From: Promethearchaeum syntrophicum
GTDB taxonomy: Archaea > Asgardarchaeota > Lokiarchaeia > Sigyniarchaeales > Promethearchaeaceae
Direction: 5' to 3'
DNA length: 32,000 nt
Assembly (NCBI RefSeq): GCF_008000775.2
Contig: NZ_CP042905.2
Span: 570,001 to 602,000, forward strand
Below the pieces are notes generated by a model. It ran no database searches and was not told the origin of the DNA. It saw nothing but the letters and a program-made list of their open reading frames with translations. Made by a program: the position numbers and the translations under genes. Positions 27,270 through 32,000 of the stretch are shown piece after piece. The first letter of the stretch is position 1. Each line of letters opens with the position of its first letter.

Positions 27270-29015
27270 TCAATAATAATTAGGAGGGAGCAATTCTTTT
27301 GGGTCGGTTAAAACATCTATAACATGAAAACCTGGAGAGGTTATTTTTTCCTTAATTATCTGATCCAATTCCGAAAGTTGAGATATTTGGACTGCATCTG
27401 CCCCAAAAGCCTTGGCAATTCCTATAAAATTACTTTTCGGCCTGTCTGTATCATAAAATCTGCGCTGGTGAAGCATTCCCTGTCCGAATTTGACAAATCC
27501 GAGCGCAGCATTGTTGAGTATGATAATTGTGCAGTCGATTCCTAATTTATCAATGGTTTCGAGATCACTCAACCCAGCATTCATCAGTCCCCCGTCCCCG
27601 GTGATCAAAACAACATGGGGTTTGTCCTCTTTGGAATATACTTCATCTAGTGCAATCGAAGTACCGATCAAAGCACCCAACCCAAAACCGGTAGGACCTA
27701 CCCCTCTCGCCGTGATTATTTTTCTCCCTAATCCTTTAACAGGGTAATATGGGCCTATCCATCGTGCACTTGAGCTGGCATCAGTTACTAAGTAATCATT
27801 AGGTCCCATTACATCGGCAATTGATTTTAGTACTCTTTGGGGTTTTATTGGTTGCTTAATGAGCCAATTTTTGTTATCCCGTTCCCGATATTTAAGATGA
27901 TCTGCTTTTAGTTTAATTATTCTGTCCAATCGTTCTTTTAGAACAACTTCAACATCTTCACTTTCCGAAATTCCCATTTCTTTCAAGCCTTCGATCATCA
28001 TGGATAAAGCAATTTGACAATCCCCAACAATTTCTTGGGCATCAAATGTGAGCCCGATCTCCAGCGGTTCAATATCAATTTGGATTTTTTTTAATTTATG
28101 GGATGGGATTTTGAAATTTGCGGTGTCATCTTCCGTCATTCGGTTGCCAACGATAATCATGAGATCAGCACTTTTGCGCAAGAACTTATGGTTAGGTTTT
28201 TCTCCAAAAAGACCAACTGTGCCAAAGTATAGGTTTTCTTCTGTTTGAGAGATTATACCTTTCCCCCCGATCGTAGAAAATACGGGGGCATTGAGCATTT
28301 CACTCAGTTTTTTAACTTCTCTAAAAGCACCCGATGTGACGGCTTGTGACCCCGAGAAGATTACAGGTTGTTTTGCTTCACGGATCATACGGACTGCTTG
28401 TTCAACTTCAGATGCTGCAGGTGCGATTCTGCATCCTTCGACAGCACAAGACCCCCCTTCAGTTCTGATATATTCCCCAAGAGCTAGTTCTTGAGATTGC
28501 ATAACATCTTCGGGTATAATTAATGCAGTTGGTCCATTTTTTCCATTTTTTGCATTACGAATCGCAAATTTGAGGAATCGGGGTAATTGTTCTGGAATAA
28601 AAACTTCCTGTGTTGATTTTGTAATCGGCTTCAACACACCTGCAACGTCAATATCGTGGGGGACATTTCGCAATTTATGCTTTACTTGGACCACTCCAAC
28701 TAAAGCTAACACAGGACTTCCAAAACCCTTTGCTTCCGCAAGTGCTACAGGAAAATTCATAGATCCCGCAGCCCCCGCATCACAAACCCCTAAATTACCG
28801 GACACGCGTGCATATGCGTCTGCTGCGAACGCGGCAGTCCGTTCATCATTCAATAAGATATGATCAATCCCTTTGGTTTGTAATATTCCATCATAAAGTG
28901 CTAACGTATGTCCGTCTGGTATCCCAAAAACTTTCTGGACTCCATTATCTTTGAGCATTCTTGCGATTCCCGTACCTGCTCTTACATTTTCTTTGAGAAG
29001 TTCTTCTTGTGTCAT
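27270..29015 (-). CDS. Thiamine-pyrophosphate-dependent enzyme, acetolactate synthase large-subunit-like
   Basis: GTGIARMLKDNGVQKVFGIPDG, HILLNDERTAAFAADAYARVSG, C-terminal ThDP/Mg motif VLITGDGGLMNAGLSDLETIDKLGIDCTIIILNN. Confidence 0.9.
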   Translation of the reverse strand: MTQEELLKENVRAGTGIARMLKDNGVQKVFGIPDGHTLALYDGILQTKGIDHILLNDERTAAFAADAYARVSGNLGVCDAGAAGSMNFPVALAEAKGFGSPVLALVGVVQVKHKLRNVPHDIDVAGVLKPITKSTQEVFIPEQLPRFLKFAIRNAKNGKNGPTALIIPEDVMQSQELALGEYIRTEGGSCAVEGCRIAPAASEVEQAVRMIREAKQPVIFSGSQAVTSGAFREVKKLSEMLNAPVFSTIGGKGIISQTEENLYFGTVGLFGEKPNHKFLRKSADLMIIVGNRMTEDDTANFKIPSHKLKKIQIDIEPLEIGLTFDAQEIVGDCQIALSMMIEGLKEMGISESEDVEVVLKERLDRIIKLKADHLKYRERDNKNWLIKQPIKPQRVLKSIADVMGPNDYLVTDASSSARWIGPYYPVKGLGRKIITARGVGPTGFGLGALIGTSIALDEVYSKEDKPHVVLITGDGGLMNAGLSDLETIDKLGIDCTIIILNNAALGFVKFGQGMLHQRRFYDTDRPKSNFIGIAKAFGADAVQISQLSELDQIIKEKITSPGFHVIDVLTDPKELLPPNYY

Positions 29016-29235
29016 TTATTATCCCCTTGATCTTAAACAAATAATTCTTTTTTTTTTAATCAATAAAGTTGAACCTAAAAATAACGAGGTAGGGGGGAGT
29101 AAAAAGGCTTTGGTTTGTGGGGTTCTAAACTCTTAACGTTTAAGACTATCCTTTACTACCAAAATTGACTCTCCACTAATGTTTTAACATCTTCGAGATT
29201 GACCACTCCACTATTTGAATTGATTTATGAGCAGC

Positions 29236-29249
29236 TATGGCTTAGGCGG
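29236..29249 (+). repeat. Intergenic motif TATGGCTTAGGCGG, copy 2
   Basis: Matches copy 1, located 5' of the ThDP enzyme gene, in the same orientation. Confidence 0.7.
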
Positions 29250-29331
29250 GAAAGTTGTATAAACCATTTTGAAAAATAGAAAAAAAATCAATAGATACTG
29301 CTCAAGTAGTTAAAGAATTATGGTAAAGGTT

Positions 29332-30363
29332 TCAAGTTTGTTTTTCTTGAGCGCCCTTTCGAAAGTTCATTGACAGAAAAGTAATTCCTGTTCCAAATAT
29401 ACCAAGACCTGCAGAAACTCCGAAGAATGTAATGACGGGGACCATTATTCCTGCAATAAATAATCCAGCACCAATAACCACTTGAGCTCCACCTGCCAGA
29501 ATTGATGTTAGTCGAAATTGGGTTGAGATAGGCACATCTATATGGATAATTCGTCCACTCGAACCATCAATGTATGCCTCATATTTTTTATTGTTGTAGG
29601 AGAATTTGACTTCATAGACGGGAAAATGGATGTAAAAGACATCTTTCTCCTCCACTTCGTCATTCCGATTAGTAATTGAAACCACTTCTTTCCTCATTTC
29701 ACCTGCCTGTCTGTTAAGAACATTATTGAACATCCATTTTTTAGCTTCATCAAATTCATATACAGAATCGATAACTTTCCCTCCTAATTCTTTCACATGA
29801 GTCATATCAAAGAATTCCTTTCCGGTTGTGGTTACTACATAATTTCGGAGGTATTTCGGAATACTTTTCTCGCTCAGAGCCATCAATGGAATTTGATATT
29901 CACGGTGAATATTTCCTTTTTCTTCGCGTTTGTAATACCACACGTGTTCATACCACCCAGGGCGGTCCCGAGCTGGGTGAGAAAACTTTGGCCAATTATC
30001 CATCCCTACATAAGAACTTGTAGCTTTATACTGTCCTACCCAAATGGGATAGAATTTCAATTCTCGGCTTGTGATTATTGCTGAAGTTTCAAAATCCTGA
30101 GGGGCTCCCGGAACTTTTTTAATCCAATCTTCCATTATAGATTGAGCTTCTTGACCATTGTAATGACAACGTATAATGTAATGATCTTTGATTATGTATG
30201 TGCTTTTTGCTTCTTCGGTCAAATTTTCACCAGTAATATTGGAACCATCGGGACCGACCATCAGAGAAACTTGAATGGCGGTTCCACAGAAGTCACAAGT
30301 ATGGATGGGGCTAGGGGGAACTTCAAGATCAGCTGCACAATTTGGACATACTATTTTTACCAT
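29332..30363 (-). CDS. Zinc-ribbon protein with C-terminal transmembrane segments
   Basis: N-terminal CPNCAADLEVPPSPIHTCDFCG; C-terminal hydrophobic hairpin; similar layout to the adjacent gene. Confidence 0.7.
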   Translation of the reverse strand: MVKIVCPNCAADLEVPPSPIHTCDFCGTAIQVSLMVGPDGSNITGENLTEEAKSTYIIKDHYIIRCHYNGQEAQSIMEDWIKKVPGAPQDFETSAIITSRELKFYPIWVGQYKATSSYVGMDNWPKFSHPARDRPGWYEHVWYYKREEKGNIHREYQIPLMALSEKSIPKYLRNYVVTTTGKEFFDMTHVKELGGKVIDSVYEFDEAKKWMFNNVLNRQAGEMRKEVVSITNRNDEVEEKDVFYIHFPVYEVKFSYNNKKYEAYIDGSSGRIIHIDVPISTQFRLTSILAGGAQVVIGAGLFIAGIMVPVITFFGVSAGLGIFGTGITFLSMNFRKGAQEKQT

Positions 30364-30364
30364 C

Positions 30365-31456
30365 TTATTTACCTCCTCTTAACGCCTTTTTTGCGGCTTT
30401 TAATGATATACGACGTTCCTTTTTAATTTCTTTCATGGATGATTTTTCCAGCTGCATTTTAAACGCTTTTCGGATGGGAATGGCACTACAACTGATACCC
30501 ACCACTCCCAATATTATCAAAATTATTCCTATCACAGCAGTGTCTTCTATAGCTGACATTTGAATTCCGAAATTTCCTAAGATCGCTGAAACCAAAATCA
30601 ATACCGTCCCCAAAACATAATTTATAATCCTTTGTTTCGTGGTGATGGGAACTTCACCCTTAACCACCTTTCCGGAATCTCCAGCTACCGAGACCTTATA
30701 GATTTTATCCTCAAGTCGATAGCGGACCGACCATAAGGGTGAATGCACGTAAAGTGGATTTTCCACGGTGATTTCCGAGTCACAACGAACCAATTTATGG
30801 AGATTTGAAGCGGCCATTGACCGATTTTTATTTTCAATATCGCCATATGCTTCCATTTGAGCTTCATTGGGCTCCACTTCCGCATTTATAAATTCTGAAT
30901 TGGCATCTTTGACTTTCTCAAAATCAAAATCAACCACATTATCAAGAAACAAAGTTGAATTAAATTCTGAAAACCCATAAAAAGCAGTATGTTTGCGGGC
31001 AATAATATTCTGTTTACCATTTCTGGAAAAATTTCCTTTCGTATCTTTCCAGACGGTCACTTGATATGCTTCTTGGTAAGTTTCCGTCCTTTTTTTACCA
31101 TTGGAGTCTGTTACAGTTCTAGTCTTAGTACGATGTCTTGTAACAGACCCTCGCTGCACTCCATAATACTCCGTATGCGATTTAAACGGGACTATCCAAT
31201 ATGGCAAGTAATTAGCTTTGACTTCATCAATGGAAATTGAATTTATATCGGTTTTATTTTTTTTTAAAAATTCAGTAACGTTTGCGCGAATTTCTTTCTG
31301 AGATTTTGTGGGAATCATTTTATGACCAGCCACTTTATTAAAATCCACATCATATGTTTCTCCACAGTATTCGCAAGTAATCACGATATTTTCTGGAGAA
31401 AGTTTTAAGGTTGCACCACAATTAGTGCAAGGTTTTGTAAGCTTACTTTCTGTCAA
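30365..31456 (-). CDS. Zinc-ribbon protein with C-terminal transmembrane segments
   Basis: N-terminal CTNCGATLKLSPENIVITCEYCG; 'ANYLPYWIVPFKSHTEYYG'; C-terminal TM pair. Confidence 0.7.
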   Translation of the reverse strand: MTESKLTKPCTNCGATLKLSPENIVITCEYCGETYDVDFNKVAGHKMIPTKSQKEIRANVTEFLKKNKTDINSISIDEVKANYLPYWIVPFKSHTEYYGVQRGSVTRHRTKTRTVTDSNGKKRTETYQEAYQVTVWKDTKGNFSRNGKQNIIARKHTAFYGFSEFNSTLFLDNVVDFDFEKVKDANSEFINAEVEPNEAQMEAYGDIENKNRSMAASNLHKLVRCDSEITVENPLYVHSPLWSVRYRLEDKIYKVSVAGDSGKVVKGEVPITTKQRIINYVLGTVLILVSAILGNFGIQMSAIEDTAVIGIILIILGVVGISCSAIPIRKAFKMQLEKSSMKEIKKERRISLKAAKKALRGGK

Positions 31457-31539
31457 TATTTTTCACCTGTAATGCTTCATACATAAAATGAAAGTTATTT
31501 AATAGTAAATTTGTAAAAAAAAAAAAAGGTAGAAAAAAT

Positions 31540-32000
31540 TTATTGTTTTGCCCCACATTTCTCGCAAAATCGCTGACCAGGATCCAACGGGTCTCCACAC
31601 TTATAACATTTTAAAGGACCAGCAGGATGACCACATTGTTCACAGAATTTTTGTCCTTCATCAAGCGGGTCTCCACAATTTTTGCAAAGATCTTCTGAAG
31701 CGGGTGTACCACATTTATCACAGAATTTCTCATCTTTATCAAGTGGATCTCCACATTTTTTGCATTTACCACCTTCACCAGTTGATTTGGGTACTGCTGG
31801 GGGGTGGGGATCCTTTCCACAATTAGAACATGCTTTGGCATCTAATTTTAATTGAGTGCCACAATGAGCGCAAGTCATAAAATCGCCTCCACCACCAGCA
31901 ACTGCCCCAGTTTTCATTCCTCCGCTCATAATATAAGCTGATGCTGCTCCTCCTGTAGATTTACCCAATTCCTTCGCTACATCCTTTTGGGTTTCCGCAG
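31540..32000 (-). CDS. C-terminal part of a protein with at least four tandem double-CxxC zinc ribbons (N-terminus outside window)
   Basis: CAHCG...CSNCG, CKKCGDPLDKDEKFCDKCG, CKNCGDPLDEGQKFCEQCG, CYKCGDPLDPGQRFCEKCG. Frame remains open (...AETQKDVAKELGKSTGG) to the window edge, so the TTG at 31968 is not a supported start. Confidence 0.85.
   Translation of the reverse strand, partial: AETQKDVAKELGKSTGGAASAYIMSGGMKTGAVAGGGGDFMTCAHCGTQLKLDAKACSNCGKDPHPPAVPKSTGEGGKCKKCGDPLDKDEKFCDKCGTPASEDLCKNCGDPLDEGQKFCEQCGHPAGPLKCYKCGDPLDPGQRFCEKCGAKQ

Noticed and set aside
31540-31900. Short-period DNA repeats in the zinc-ribbon array considered as a CRISPR or tandem satellite
   Set aside because: The periodicity is explained by in-frame coding repeats (CxxCGDPLD...CxxCG); no spacer/repeat structure. 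No CRISPR array seen anywhere in the window.
1-32000. Search for a defence or phage island
   Set aside because: No cas, restriction-modification, toxin-antitoxin, integrase or capsid-like genes recognised; apart from the IS element the window looks like ordinary chromosome.

Overview
32 kb AT-rich window with the gene content of an archaeal, probably Asgard-type (Lokiarchaeia-like) chromosome; this lineage call is an inference. It holds about 25 supportable protein-coding genes: a partial secreted MAM/peptidase-like protein, a degenerate Arf/Ras-like GTPase with an N-terminal extension, cysS, a channel-type K+ protein with TrkA-N domain, a TPR membrane protein, an IS110-family element, a UMF1/Atg22-like MFS transporter, two tandem paralogous membrane-anchored proteins, a zinc-ribbon membrane protein, a bacterial-type gpsA, a copper-type P1B ATPase, a DUF438/PAS protein, a peroxiredoxin-like gene interrupted by an in-frame TGA, two ABC export systems, a RibD/DHFR-like reductase, a lipoamide-dehydrogenase-like flavoprotein, a MarR regulator, a ThDP enzyme, and a cluster of zinc-ribbon proteins. 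There is one tRNA-Cys(GCA) and one orphan tRNA 3'-half-like sequence. The most interesting item is the peroxiredoxin-like reading frame (about 18801-19493). Its only internal stop is a TGA at 18963-18965, placed where the peroxidatic Cys should be (RGHY-[TGA]-VPC = UxxC), so it is a candidate selenoprotein that automatic ORF calling has truncated. Second is the IS110 element, with a ~340 bp GC-rich structured non-coding segment upstream of the transposase where a bridge RNA would be expected. I see no CRISPR array and no convincing new defence island.
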